Source: Phoronis australis
Taxonomy: Eukaryota; Animalia; Phoronida
Length of the DNA stretch: 64,000 bases
Direction of reading: 5' to 3'
Assembly: GCA_002633005.1 (NCBI GenBank)
Contig: NMRA01000003.1
Span: 1,210,031 to 1,274,030 of the forward strand
The notes under the pieces are model-generated. The model saw only the letters and a list, made by a program, of their open reading frames with translations. It did not search any database and had not been told where the DNA came from. This document shows, one piece after another, positions 23,723 to 36,713 of this stretch (its first letter is position 1; every line of letters starts with the position of its first letter). The position numbers were made by a program, and so were the translations under genes.

Positions 23723-25224
23723 TACTTTGGAATATAGTTGACAGTTTGTGTACCCGTCTGGCACTTCACGTTCAGTTATATTTGTCATCTTATGTCACGA
23801 GCTTGTCAAGTTTATAAATCAACCTGCGTTGCAGGTGTTGTTCACAACAGAGCTATGCCTTCGCTACTCGTATCGATTAAGTGTTGCTAAATGTCCTTTG
23901 GAAATTAAGATTCGAATTTCCGTCCAAGCAATTCTTCGTTCTCAGAAGTTGATACCATGTCGAGCTCGAACATGATTTGACTTGAAATGTAAAAAGCACA
24001 ATACAGCATGGTTTTAGAGATTACGTTTAAATCAAAATCAAAATTGTTTCCCCTGGCCGCACTAATTTATGAGACCCAAACTATTTTATTACCAACATGA
24101 AAACATATTTTTTCTCAATAGTAATTAAAGCGAATGAAAACTGGACATCGTGAATCTAAGTTGTTAATTAATTCGAAATCGGCACCGGCCCCATCCATTT
24201 TCGAAGGTACAATTATCAAATCTTGTCTAAGGCACTGGTAAGAATGTTTTGTCAGCAAACGAAGACAGGCTGCCGCTAAATTCTTCGTTTTTATACTTTC
24301 GTGTTCTTTTTCAAGTCTGAAATTGAAGACAAGCATGTCGCACGCTGGGTTGTGAAGAACGCCAGAGCTTTCACATGACACCATGTATTTAATTTGATCA
24401 AGCCGCGACGGAATTTTAGAGGATGATCTCCAAGTGTTCGGTTCGGGTTTGACCGGATCAGCGTCTCCACTCGGTAGATATGAGTTTATAAATTTTAGTA
24501 TCTAAACTCGCCAAACACGACCTCGGATCTCCGTCACATTCTATGCTTATTAATCTATTTGGCGACGGTGAAATACTGAAAGCTGCAAGTACAAGGATCA
24601 CTCGCAGTTTGCGCTCATATCACGACTAACTGAAGATTATGTGAACGGTGCAACTAGAATTGGGCAATCTCAATAGATTCCATAATTTTTAATATGGTAA
24701 TGAGTACATGTTTTTCGTAGAGCAAAGGTCGGGAGGTCAAAACTGACGTTAATTAAGCATATGAAAACTTAACGCTTTCCAGATAAAAACTGTCAAAGCC
24801 TGTCGTGCGCCGATTTCATCAAAAAGTAGGGTTTAGCGACATGTTTCCTTCGCGTAATTGCATGAGAGTTTGGTGGAGTTCCGTCAGAGATATTTTTTCA
24901 GCTATTCAGTGGAAATCAAGATCGTTTGTGCATTCAATCAAACGTCTGAACCACGGATAAACTAATAAGCCGAGGTGTCCTTAATCATGAGCGCGCCACG
25001 ACTATAAAAGTGGACAACACAGAATATTACACTAGAATAGGATAGGGCGAGTGGAGGTGTTGTAATGAAGACACCTTCACCGGGCCCGTATTTCTGCAAT
25101 TTTGTCAACTATATTTAATTTTTGCATGGATGTTTTAAAACAGTTTTCTTGCCTTGATGAAACAATGAAACGAATATTTTATCATATAATTTACGGAAGA
25201 CAAGAAAAAGTGTTCACAACAAAC

Positions 25225-25868
25225 CTTGGGCTTGTTTTTTTCTCCGATATTGATTTTTGGTTTTGATTTCTGTTATTATACTCTTCATCATCAATAGACT
25301 TAGCGTGATGAGATAAAGCCTTGTGATCTTTCAGTCTACACTCTTTTGCAATCTCGCCTTTACGATTGCGGTAATTGTTCAATAGATTCTTAGCACACAC
25401 ACCTTTGGCGTAGTTGGCTATCATAGATAACTCTGAAATGTTTTTCTCTTTTTTCTTGGACCCTAAACTTGAACAGCAGCGACCTATGCTTCGAGCTCGT
25501 TGCTCACCCATATCCAAATTTCCAAACGCCATTTTCTGGCAAGGTTGTTTCTGCTCCCCATGGGATTGTCGCATGCCATTGTAGTCACTCGCCCTCGGAG
25601 TTCTACAGTTGAGACCAGTCATTAGACTGCAGGCTTGCCTCATATGGAACCTCGTGTGAGGGGACTTGCCAATTTTGGGCAATTTTAAGTCACTTTCTTG
25701 CATCTGCTGCTCTCGCTTCTTCAATGACTGAATCTGTTGCTTCGTATCTTGAGGCAGCCCAAACTTAAAGCGATCACGGAAAGACTGAAGTTGGCAATAT
25801 AAACACAGGTCTTTACGATTTGGAGAACATCTTCTGTCGCAAAAACGCCTATCATAAGGCATCGTCAT
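25225..25868 (-). CDS. First coding exon of an uncharacterised basic protein (possibly ciliary or sperm-related)
   Basis: Long ORF MTMPYDRRFCDRRCSPNRKDLCLYCQ..LKLPKIGKSP..KKTSPR; donor AAG|GTTTGT at 25225/25224. Confidence 0.6.
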
Positions 25869-25967
25869 TGATTGCAAACCTCAAATAGTACATCTTACCG
25901 CATTCAGACTCAGTTATACACACAAGAGCGCAATACATGTGACGTAATAAAACGTGCTGTCATCAAC

Positions 25968-25981
25968 ATATCCATAGTAAC
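25968..25981. promoter_or_regulatory. RFX X-box-like site
   Basis: atatccatagtaac (reverse complement GTTACTATGGATAT), about 100 bp upstream of the ATG at 25868. Confidence 0.4.
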
Positions 25982-26912
25982 AAAAGACGTGTGACTCAGC
26001 AAGAGACTGGATGCGGAAAATATAAAGAGAGGGGAGAGGGCCGCAAGCGTGATGGAGAAGGAGCAAAATAAGGATCACTGGCGAATCTAGGATGTCAAAA
26101 GGGGCTGGTTAACAACACCACTAGTTTATTCGATGCTATTTGTCTACAAGCTGGATGCACTTGTAACATGGGTGAGCATAGGCTTATATGTGGAAGAAAG
26201 TTGCTCCAAAATAATTTAAATATGCTTTTGTCTTACAATTACTTCTTTTTCATACTTTTTGTTGAAATATATATCACATTTTACATATTCTTTCATCTGA
26301 AACTGCTCGAAAGCCTGTAAATTCATCACTTGATCAAACCGTTCCAGGTTCGTATATACGAGTGTAATTGGAGATAGTAGTATGGCGATTTTTGAACAGA
26401 ATGTTTTCTACTGCTTGCACTAATAGATCGTGTTTAAATGTGACTGGCAGAACGAAGCCGAGACAATATTTAGATTGATAATCAAGATAAAATTTACGTT
26501 AACTACGTTGTATGATGTAGGACGAGTCAAACGTAGAGGCCGGCGTTGTGTGTGGTAGCGCCGGTGTCTTGGTCGTCAATGAGATGGTAAACATATTCAA
26601 TAACTAAGCGTAGAAAAACACTCACTTATTCTAGAAACTGAGGCAACAGGTGAGGTCTGTCTTTATTAGACAAATGTACAATTTATAATAAGTTACAAAT
26701 CTTTAGGTTGTATGCACCAAACTTTATGATTCAAAGCTCTGCAGGAAATGGTGAACCGTAAACAACTCTTAGAACTTCTAGAACAACCAGAAGAAATTTG
26801 CTATTGTATTGGTCATAATTATGCGGTAATGACCAGCTGTCTGACTACTATTCTATTAATGACCATTACGTAATCTAGTTTACTAGAGAGTTCATCAAAA
26901 CATTTGTGGATA

Positions 26913-27159
26913 CATGCGCGCACCCGGGGGAGGGGGGCTCGGGGGCTCAAACGAACCCCCCGGAATTTGGCGGAACGGGCAAAAAAGGTCCGCCTCAGAG
27001 AAGCAAAAGCCCGAGAGAACGACAAAGGTGCACTAAAAAGGCGCAGACGCACAGTTAAGGTTGTAATCCGTTTTTTTAGTCCTCCCGCTTTTTTGTCAGC
27101 AAAAGGTCCACATCGTCAGAAATTCGAGGCCCCAATATTAAAAGCTGGGTGCGCGCATG
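26913..27159. mobile_element. MITE with CATGCGCGCACCC TIRs (duplicate at about 28348-28604)
   Basis: catgcgcgcaccc / gggtgcgcgcatg; 5-bp TSD ggata. Confidence 0.85.
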
Positions 27160-27182
27160 GGATACCACGAAAGGGACATTAA

Positions 27183-27669
27183 AGGAGAATGCCACCCAAA
27201 AAACAACCTAATTTGTATCAATTTAGATCGAGTAGTCCTACTCCATAACGACACGTACGGTTGCGTTACCTGACACCTGACGGCAGACGGAGGTGTTGAA
27301 ATTATCCAATGACGTCATCGGTTTCACACGCAGTCTGTTCAGCAGTTCACAACATGGGTTACTGGTGTCATCTTATCGCTTGAAGTCATCGTTTAACACC
27401 AATAAATCATCAAACTTCGATGTAAAACCCTCAAAAATACACCGATTTCTTATAAAAATGTGTTGTTTTATTTCGCTCTTACGGATTTATTGGTATTTGG
27501 ACACACCGTAGCCTACAAAGTTCGGCAGGCCAATAAGGTCCGTAGCAGGAGTTTGGGGTCTGTTCGGAGATAATTTCGAAGTATTTTCCGTGAGATACAG
27601 ACAGGAGAACCTAGATCTGTGTTGTTTAGACTTGTGATTTTTTGAGTTCTAAACACAAAACGCTTGTTA
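27183..27669 (+). mobile_element. Left part of a TTAA-targeting Kolobok-like MITE, cut by the N gap
   Basis: TTAA|AGGAGAATGCCACCC terminus; colinear with 35448-35943. Confidence 0.75.
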
Positions 27670-30084
27670 NTTGTCTTGCAATTACTTCTTTTTCATACTT
27701 TTTGTTGAAATATATACCACATTTCACCTATTCTTTCATCTGAAACTGCTTGAAAGCCTGTAAATTCATCACTTGATCAAACCGTTCCAGGTCCGTACAT
27801 ACAAGTGTAATTGGACATAGTAGTACGGCGATTTTTGAACAGAATGTTTTCTACTGCTTGCACTAGTAGATCGTGTTTAAATGTGACTGACAGAACGAAG
27901 CCGAGACAATATTTAGATTGATAATCAAGATAAAATTTACGTGAACTATGTTGTATGATGTAGGACGAGTCAAACGTAGAGGCCGGCGTTATGTGTGGTA
28001 GCGCCGGTGTCTTGGTCGTCAATGAGATGGTAAAGGTATTCAATAACTAAACGTAGAAAAACACTCACTTATTCTAGAAACTGAGGCAGCAGGTGAGGAC
28101 TGTCTTTATTAGACAAATGTCACCTGTACAATTTATAATAAGTTACAAATGTTTAGGTTGTTGATTCAAAACTCTGCAGGAAATGGTGAACCGTAAAAAA
28201 CTCTTAGAACTTCTAGAACAACCACAAGAAATTTGCTATTGTATTGGTCATAATTATGCGGTAATGACCAGCTGTCTGACTACTATTCTATTAATGACCA
28301 TTACGTAATCTAGTTTACTAGAGAGTTCATAAAAACATTTGTGGATACATGAGCGCACCCNGGGGGGGGGGGGAGGGCTCGGAGGCTCAAACGAGCCCCC
28401 CCCCTGGCATTTGGCGAAACGGGCAAAAAGGTCCGCCTCAGAGCCAAGCAAAAATCCCGAGAGAACGACAAAAGTACACTAAAAAGGCGCAGACGCACAG
28501 TGAAGGTGGTAACCCGTTTTTTTAGTCCTCCCGCTTTTTTGTCAGCAAAAGGTCCACATCGTCAGAAATTCGAAGCCCCAATATTAAAGGCTGGGTGCGC
28601 GCATGGGATACCACGAAAGGGACACTGACTCAACTGAAAACCAAAACAAGATAACAACGTTTAAATATTATCTGCAAAGTAATAACAACATAATATAATA
28701 ATATTATCAAATATATTACTGATGGTTGACAAAAACAAACTCTTCAATTTCCAAAACTTCGCCATTTTTCACTGCATTCGTTGTTATATAATTACGCGAA
28801 CATGTGCAGCTTTGCACAAGTACACCTATGTACTACGTGAAAACGGCAGGTTAAAGTATTACGAATGAGCTATTTGCTCCTACAGGCCACGACACACTAA
28901 CCATGATTCGGCATGACGAGCGCTGTTCCGAGGACTGCACTACCTTTGCAACACAAAACATTAACCCTGAACAAACTTCACCGGGTCTTTTAAACTAAAA
29001 CTCACGATTTTGTGCCCGATAATTGACATAGAACGATCATATACGTGACATAACTTTTACATTATAAGAAATACCCATTTATAAAACATATGAACTGGAT
29101 ATTATTCATATAATCGTGCTGTTTTATAAATCAGCTGTTATAGTAAGGTATAAGTAGTCTTCTTACCATGTCCTATGTTGGTCACATCACGTGACCTATA
29201 CAGTTAACTGAAAAGATTTCTGTTACTACCAGACCACGAACTCGGGACTTTTTCACCTGAAGACGCTCTGGATAGTCCAATGCTACCTGAGACCCTAGGC
29301 CGACCACAGAAAACCAGTCATAATTACAGGTGACATCGTACACAAACTGAGGAGAGTACATACATTTATAAATTGTGCTGTTATAAATCAGCTCCGTTGA
29401 TATGGAATAAAGAATTCACTAGTCATCTATGTCACACCACGTGATTCCCGATCGGGACAGAGTTCCTTTCAGACTTATAATAGCCTACACTGTAGGTCAC
29501 GTAATATGACCACAAATTAGTATAGCGTGTCAGAAGACTAACAACTAATAATTATTACTTTACAGATTTTATTGAGCTTGTTTCCTAACTCAGTTTTACG
29601 TTAGTAGTTTCAAATGCACCGGGCCCACTCTCTCAATGTCAGTTTTGATTTCGACCACTATCCGCGCTACATAACTCGGGTCCTTGTTCCTTGCTCGGAT
29701 TAAAGGTGGCAGGATTTCAGGTTTGGAGTGAGCGGACATTCCTCACTGCTCAAGATCAGGATGATTAATTTGGCGGCTTGATGGGCCGTCTAGCCAACTT
29801 CACGTTGGCTTTATTAGTGTCCGACCATGAAGCCCTAGATCAGAGCTTCGTAATAACACAACTCACATTTTCATCAAATAGTAAACTCAAGAAAGATTAA
29901 CACACCAGATAGGGCTATTCATATATTGACTAAAGGCTAACACGTGTTACACACTTTTTGTCGTTTACTTTCTTAGCAAATACTAACGCGTGTTATACCA
30001 CAATATTAGCGTCGAATGGCAAATACAACCGTGTACTAACCCATTCAGTTATCTCACTAGTGAGATAACATTTTGGCGGGAAAA

Positions 30085-30153
30085 CGAGGCCGCGGGTTTC
30101 GAACCCGGGCCTCAAGAGTTTCAAGTCGCCGACTTTACCACTACACCAAGGGA
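30085..30153 (-). pseudogene. tRNA-derived fragment (SINE head or tRNA pseudogene)
   Basis: Minus strand tcccttggtgtagtggtaaa (A box) .. ggttcgaaaccc (B box); acceptor and anticodon stems do not pair. Confidence 0.55.
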
Positions 30154-30759
30154 CTGTTTTTGCTTATGACATCTTCTTCTGCTTTCCTTTCTAGTCTCTT
30201 TGCCAAACTATTTTTCTATGGAGTACGTCACAAAATGTCTTCGATTTCTGGAACATGTTGATTGACAGTTCCGGCAAATGAGGCCATTCGTTTTCAGCCC
30301 TGTGTTGTGTACGTTTGTTGTCTTGGAGTGCATAATCTTCTTACGAATGTGACAACATGTACACTGTAATATTCGAGTCCTAAATATAGAGTGAGTTTGC
30401 TTGTGCAACGCGACCAATCTGTCTGTAACTGGAACACGTTTTGTCTAGTGAATTTTGCGTTTGTCAGTCAAGAAATAAAACAAACGCCTGAAGTCAGTCG
30501 TCGTCACGCGGCGAGTTTGAACGCTGACGACACAGCTCACTTTCGTATTTGTTTGCAGTGACGTAATTTTTTTAAGAAAGGTGTTGTCAGTCATGATGAT
30601 AATTAGTGCAGAAGTTTTTACAGTTTGAAAATTCATGGGCCCGGGGGAGAGTGGGTTGAGATTATGGGTCATATTTGCACACAAATACACCGATTTCCGC
30701 AAATTGAGCTTTTGGAGCGAAAAACTGAAATGAAGTATTTGTTGTGATTATTTACGTTC

Positions 30760-31445
30760 TTAGATCCTGGTTACATTTTCAAAGTCATTCGTGAACCCTG
30801 TATTAACTTGGCCGTCTGCCATCTTGTAAGAGTCCACCTCCTCGCTGGTTTCGTCGCCGCTAACAGACATCGAGCTCGCTTCAGCTTCGTGAAACTTGGC
30901 GTATCTTGGTGAGCATCGCATACAAACCTTGTGAATTACGGCCACTATGATCAAGAGCAATAGAATAAACATGACTGAATAGGACGGCATGATGTACATA
31001 ATGTCTCCGTCCGGCTGTGGCTGAGAGATCGTTATCACGGCTATGGAGAGAACAGAGTTCTGAATGCCTGTTTCCAAGCCAATGGTTTTGATCTGCTGGA
31101 GCTTCCTGCGAAATATAAGAGCCACCAACATGCCCATGATGAGGCCGCACAATGGTAGTAGACTTGAACTTATGAAGCGATCCCAGGTGAAGAGAGAGAA
31201 GATATATAGGCCGTTATAGATGCTCACACCCGTTGTAGCGAGAACGAGAATGAGGGAGAACGGTTGAATGATCTTCGCGATTTTGTCTGCCAGGGAACGT
31301 TTACACTTGCGTATTATAATGCCCGGAATTAAAGGAATTGTGGCCGTAACTAACGTGGTCATAATGTTGAAGTACGGTATGTTTACTGGCGCGACTCCTT
31401 GCGAGAAAAACCTTGCGTAGACAAATAACCACAGTGGCATTGAAC
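30760..31445 (-). CDS. SLC10 sodium/bile-acid cotransporter family protein, last coding exon
   Basis: GSMPLWLFVY..IPYFNIMTTL..TIGLETGIQNSVLSIAVI..QPDGD..; acceptor at 31446, phase 1. Confidence 0.93.
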
Positions 31446-32749
31446 CTGCAATAAAATACTACTTGAATTGGAGTAGCTCAGAGTAGAATGTTGCAATATC
31501 TTTGATTCGATCATAATCTAGGATGCTGAGACACAATCAGGGAAAATCAACCACGGGAGCACAACGGGGCCTTGGCCACCCCTTTCACGATTGCATGAGA
31601 AATTCCCAACCCCCATCGTCGCAACTCATTTTGATTTCGCATTCGCATTTAATTGTCCCGCCCTAAATACCCCCACTGCTACTCATTTCATCCCCCCTCG
31701 TTCGCCTACTTTTCTCACGGGCCGCAGAACAGCTACTGCACGGATCGCAGAACACTTACCACGGAGCAAGACCATTCCGCGCCGGGAGTGGAACAATTAC
31801 CAGAAAACTCTTGCACTACCGAGGACAATTAGATAAGAAACGTGCGATTCATAGTAAGGGTGCGTGCGTGTGTGTGCGTACGTGCGCATGCGTGGGTGCG
31901 TCTAAGTGTGATTGTATTTTGTAATTATGGGCACGGGATCTAATCTTTTCACTCGGAATCGAACTCGAAAATATATTTGCCATTAACCGTTCTTCATTAA
32001 TATGAACTCAAGATAATTATTCTGTGTTCGAGTATACTACTGATTTGGCACTAGATGACCCCTAGATTCGAGCTACAAACTTGAGTAAAAATTCTAGGTT
32101 TCGAGTAAAAACTCACAATTTCGAGTTCAAACTCGAACTTGTAGCTTTAACGATGGGTTCATAAAGTACATGGCCATCTACGTACACAGGACAACAGACA
32201 CTTGTCTTGAGGTCATACTAAAGAAGATCGTAAAAGGTTAAAGAAATAACTCGCGAGTTTAATTTCGAGTGAAAACATTCGACCGGCCGGGCCCAGGTGG
32301 TTTCGTGCGAAGTTTTTAAGTCTAATACGAATTTCTGTGGGTGCCTGGTAATTAATTTGTGGAAGGTAATAAGTGTAATTCCTCAATGGTAAGGGTTCCT
32401 TTCTGTAATTAGTATTTGCTGCCTGTAGTAAGCGTTCGATTCTGCGTACCATATGGAGATTAAACGGGAAGCCCGGGTACCCCTCCCGCAAAACCAAAAA
32501 AGCAATATACGGCAAAAAAATGCGCCGAGAGCATGCCATTTCTTGGCAAATATTTATCACTAACAGTTTATTGGTTCATTTAGGACGTTGTGATATTACA
32601 AAAAACCTCGTGTCCAGGAATGTCTTGAAACTGAAGTACTGTGTTAGCTTAATTCCTGATGTATTTCTGAAAGTCCTTGAAGCCGGAACCTCAGTAGACA
32701 TCGCCATAATGCCACATAACATAAAAAAAACAAAAAAACAATAGCCTAC

Positions 32750-32921
32750 CAAAAGCAAGGGTGCACGTAATTGTTGTCATGGTAATACTCAAATCAACGT
32801 CTCCATCCAGAAGCACAGCAAATATATTACTCGTTCCTCCACCCGGGGCACAACCTGTTACAAGCAAACCGAGAGCCAACACGTTGTCCAACTCAAAAGC
32901 CATCGCTAAACCGAAGGCTAT
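32750..32921 (-). CDS. SLC10 family protein, middle coding exon
   Basis: IAFGLAMAF..LGLLVTGCAPGGGTSNIFAVLLDGDVDLSITMTTITCTLAFG, the SBF signature; phases 0 and 1 match the neighbouring exons. Confidence 0.95.
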
Positions 32922-33575
32922 CTGAAAGCAAATCAGATTTAACTTGTTAGTAAAAGGTACTAATAGAAAAAGAATAGAATAATGAATACTAGTTGTCTGT
33001 GCGACAGAAGCGACAGATATATTTGAGTTTTCGTTTTACAAAGTTCACCTGAAACCAGTGTCCCATTGTAAGAACACTTGTCTCGTTTAAACATTTTAAT
33101 TTTTTTAAAACAAAGCGAAACGGTGTTCTTCATACATTTCAAGACGATGCATAACGATTCTCAAACGACTTGTTGGCCTTTAAAGTTCTAATACCGTGGC
33201 TTAATGAGCGGCTACATGCGATAAGCCACGACGTCCTCCTCGCTACTAAGATGCAACACAAAACGAGGAATTGCAATGACTGACCAACTGGTTTCCACGT
33301 GATCTAGTTGGAATTGTAAAATAACTAGAGACTGAATTGTCGCAGTTGAATTCTGTAAGGGTTGGCCAGCCCCTTGATTATCTTGTAGGTGTTTTGGCTG
33401 GTAAATCTCCTTTGCGACAATGAAAGTTAAGTAGTAACACAGAGAAATTCCAGGAACCACTTCACGGGATAATTAGATTAATTTTGATTTTCTTTTTCCT
33501 TTTTGGACAGCTTATCAGAATGAAACGCAACTTCAAAATATAAACTATTGCTATAGTCCAACCAGTTTTGCTTAC

Positions 33576-34100
33576 CAGAGGCATTAACACAAACTGGCAC
33601 GTCACGCCAACAATCACAGCCATGGGTTTCTTAAGGTTTTTCACGACGACTCCAATATTCAGCTTGCACCCAAGAATGAAGTTCAAAACTATCTGCAGTG
33701 CCAACAAAATAAATCCATACATTATAGAAATAGGGTCTGGAACTCGAATAACGCTGACTTTCAAGTTATCCAAAGTGCCATTTTTGGTGTCATTCAAAGT
33801 AAACTTGATTTCAGTTCGGCCAAGTTGTACCCCCTTTAAGGTGATATGACTCGAACACGTGGTTGAGTTGGGGCAGGGCTCCAACTTCATTTTCTCCATT
33901 AGAGGTACTGCGATGTCTTTGTGCATACTGTCAATCGACAGTAGAACTGCATCAGAGGCAGTGTAGTTGAACGAGATATTTTTGGCATAACCTTTATAGA
34001 TACCAGCTCCGGCCTTGTCAGGAAACAAGACGGGGTACGAATCGTTCTGAGCCTGGACAATGGCGACGAAAGTAAGCAAACCAATGGCGCGGGCGTTCAT
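33576..34100 (-). CDS. SLC10 family protein, first coding exon (signal peptide, extracellular extension and first TM segments)
   Basis: MNARAIGLLTFVAIVQA..KVSVIRVPDP..FILGCKL..LKKPMAVIVGVTCQFVLMPL|GTAAGC; acceptor at 34110. Confidence 0.93.
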
Positions 34101-34476
34101 GATGTGAATCTGAAATAACAAGTCGGCAAAAATCGAAATGTGTTACTAAATCTGGGCCCTAGCAATTCTTATATAGTCTATGCGAAATAAAAGCGACGTT
34201 GACTGCAAAGAATACACTAGGTAGAATTTATTGTGATGTCGAACAAAACAAGGTCAATCAGTTATTGTCTTACGACATTAACTTGCTATACATAGGAACC
34301 TGACTTTTAATACAAATGACCATGAATCATTGTCTACCAAATGACTGCTCGATAAATGTGGGCGTTTTTTTTTTTATTGTTATTTTGGTGCTTGATAATA
34401 GCGCGCGACATCAAATTTCACTGTCAGATGTCATAGCAAACAGTAAGCAAACCCAAGTGGAGCCTTATGTTCCTAC

Positions 34477-34588
34477 CTTCAGCGCGCCGTCGGCTTCTTG
34501 CAACAGACTGTATTGACTTCCTTATTTGGAAAGTCATCTGACTTGACTAGCCTGGTAAGTACTGTGGCGCGCTGCTGTGCATTTTATA
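34477..34588 (-). promoter_or_regulatory. Candidate TATA promoter and non-coding first exon of the SLC10 gene
   Basis: Minus-strand TATAAAAT at 34588-34581, CAGT initiator-like motif near 34563, donor GAAG|GTAGGA at 34477. Confidence 0.45.
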
Positions 34589-34748
34589 CAAACATTCACC
34601 ATCGCGGTATACGCGGACAGTTATAGCGGACATCAACGTAAAATGAAAAGTCAAAAGAGAATTATTGGGATTAGGTAACCAATCTATGCCCTTCTTGAGA
34701 GGGTCAGCCTTCGTTTCTAAGTGTTCGACGCTATTTCTATGACCTACC

Positions 34749-35446
34749 TAGCCTTGGTACAAAGCTGTATAATAAATATACAGCTTTGCACCGATGTTGG
34801 TAAAGAAGTGGTAAGATAAAATCTGACACAAAATTAGTGTCATTAAAAACTACATTCTTCTTTGAGTAAACTAAATTATTTAACGGTGTTGGAAAAAATG
34901 GCGTTCTTCCGTTATTCTGCTGCTGAAGTTGTGGAGCAATCTTTAAATAGCGACGGCTTTTGGCGCCATGAAATATTGCGTCACCTATTGGTCGGTTTCT
35001 TTTTTCGCCGATTCTTCAATCAACTATTCTTCTTTCACGAGGTTGCGTACACGTCACAACAAATTATTGCAACTGGTTTCACTTCATAATAAGTTTTTAG
35101 AATTTTGATACCGAAAAACCGAATTTCAGAAGAAATTTTGCTGCTGCCAAGCTATCATCATCTCCCGAGAGATGTCGCAAAAATTTAGGAAATGGCGCGT
35201 GCGCGTGACACGAACTTATTTTTTTCAAAACTACGACATGCTTTTAATTGTTAGAAAAGGCGGAGAGTTACGCAAGAAAATGACGTTTATTGCATTGTTT
35301 TTCACTTAAACGGCTGTAACAGGCAAGGTGAGTGTCGGTTGATTCAAGTTTCACGGCGCGGTGACGAGCAGAACTACCCTGGCTGTGTGCAATTTCGTGG
35401 TCTGCGGAAGAAATACACACAGTTGTACCTAGCTGTATTTTGACGA
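34749..35446 (+). mobile_element. TAGCC-terminated dispersed repeat with a subterminal hairpin
   Basis: tagccttgg + caaagctgtat..atacagctttg palindrome; colinear with the reverse complement of 58270-58999 and with 3834-4110. Confidence 0.85.
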
Positions 35447-36713
35447 TAGAATGCCATCCAAAAGCAACCTATTTTATTTCAACTTACATCGAGTGGTTCC
35501 TTTCGACAACAGCTAATTCAGTTGTTTTACCTGCCACCTAACAGTAGACGGAGGCGTTGAAATTAACCAATGACGTAATCGGTTAGAACGCAGTCTGTTC
35601 AGCCGCCCACAACACGCTTATACTGGTGTCAACTTATCGGTTGAAGTCATCGTTTTACACCAATAAATCATCAAAATTCGATGCAAACCCTTACAACTAC
35701 ATCGAGTTCTTGAACAAACATGTTGTTTTATTTCACTGTTACGGATTTATAGGTATTTGAACGTACCGTAGCCTACAGAGTTCGGTATAGGCCAATTTAC
35801 CATGGTCGATCGCGGGAGTTTGGTTCTGTTTGGTGATAAATTCGAATCATTCTTCCGTGAAATACAGACATGGAAGCATAGCTGTGTGTTGTACTTTTAG
35901 ACTTGCGATTTTTTTAGTTCTAAACACACAAAACGCTTGTTACTCTCCGCCATTGACTTGGAACCGATGAGGCCCGGTCGCGGCCGCCGGGACTGGACAT
36001 CACGAACATAAACCAGCTTAAGTTGGAAACTAAAGCTCCAGTCACGAAGAGACTATAATAGTGAGCCAAAGAAATAATGTGCACGCAATTATTTAGGTGA
36101 ACTAGCCACGAAGCTGAAAATCTACTTACTTGTCGGGGGCCGCGAAGTCAGGTTTCCCTTCCACAGAACCGTCAGGGCAAAGGTTGTACAGTAACAATGA
36201 TTTGAATAATGTATTTGTATATCTAAATAAAGATTCCCCTAACATGTGACCATAGCATATAAATTCGAATGATTGTTTCACAACAGTTTTCTGTCAGCAA
36301 ACACTGAATTAGCATGCGCTCACACGTACGACCTCGGTGCCCGGTCAACGCAGTGGTTTATTCTCCTAACGTGTGACCATAGCATATTCACAACAGCTTT
36401 CTGTCAGCAACCACTGCGGTCACACGGCCTCGGTACCCGGTCAATTACCTTTGTTTCCCCGGCATCAAAAGCCGGTAACGCAGTGGTTTATTCATTGCTG
36501 GCTTCTCAAAGCATTTGCACTCACGAGCACTCCAAAGGCATTACAAATTGTATCTAATGAGACAGACTTTGTTTTAAGTTTTATAAAAGCATTGGTTAGG
36601 GTAAGAATAATTCATTTTGAAAGAGAACGCAGAATAATAAACGTCTACATGGCAACTCGCTCGGGGTCAATCCCGACTTAGTCGAGAGCTCATCCGACGA
36701 AGAGTTTTGTTTG

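Noticed and set aside
24115-24384. Extra internal exon of the 25868-23138 gene
   Set aside because: An in-phase acceptor exists, but I found no convincing donor; the two-exon model is already in frame.
30085-30153. Functional tRNA gene (also the tRNA-like stretch near 20195-20250)
   Set aside because: A and B boxes are present but the cloverleaf stems do not pair; treated as tRNA-derived repeat sequence.
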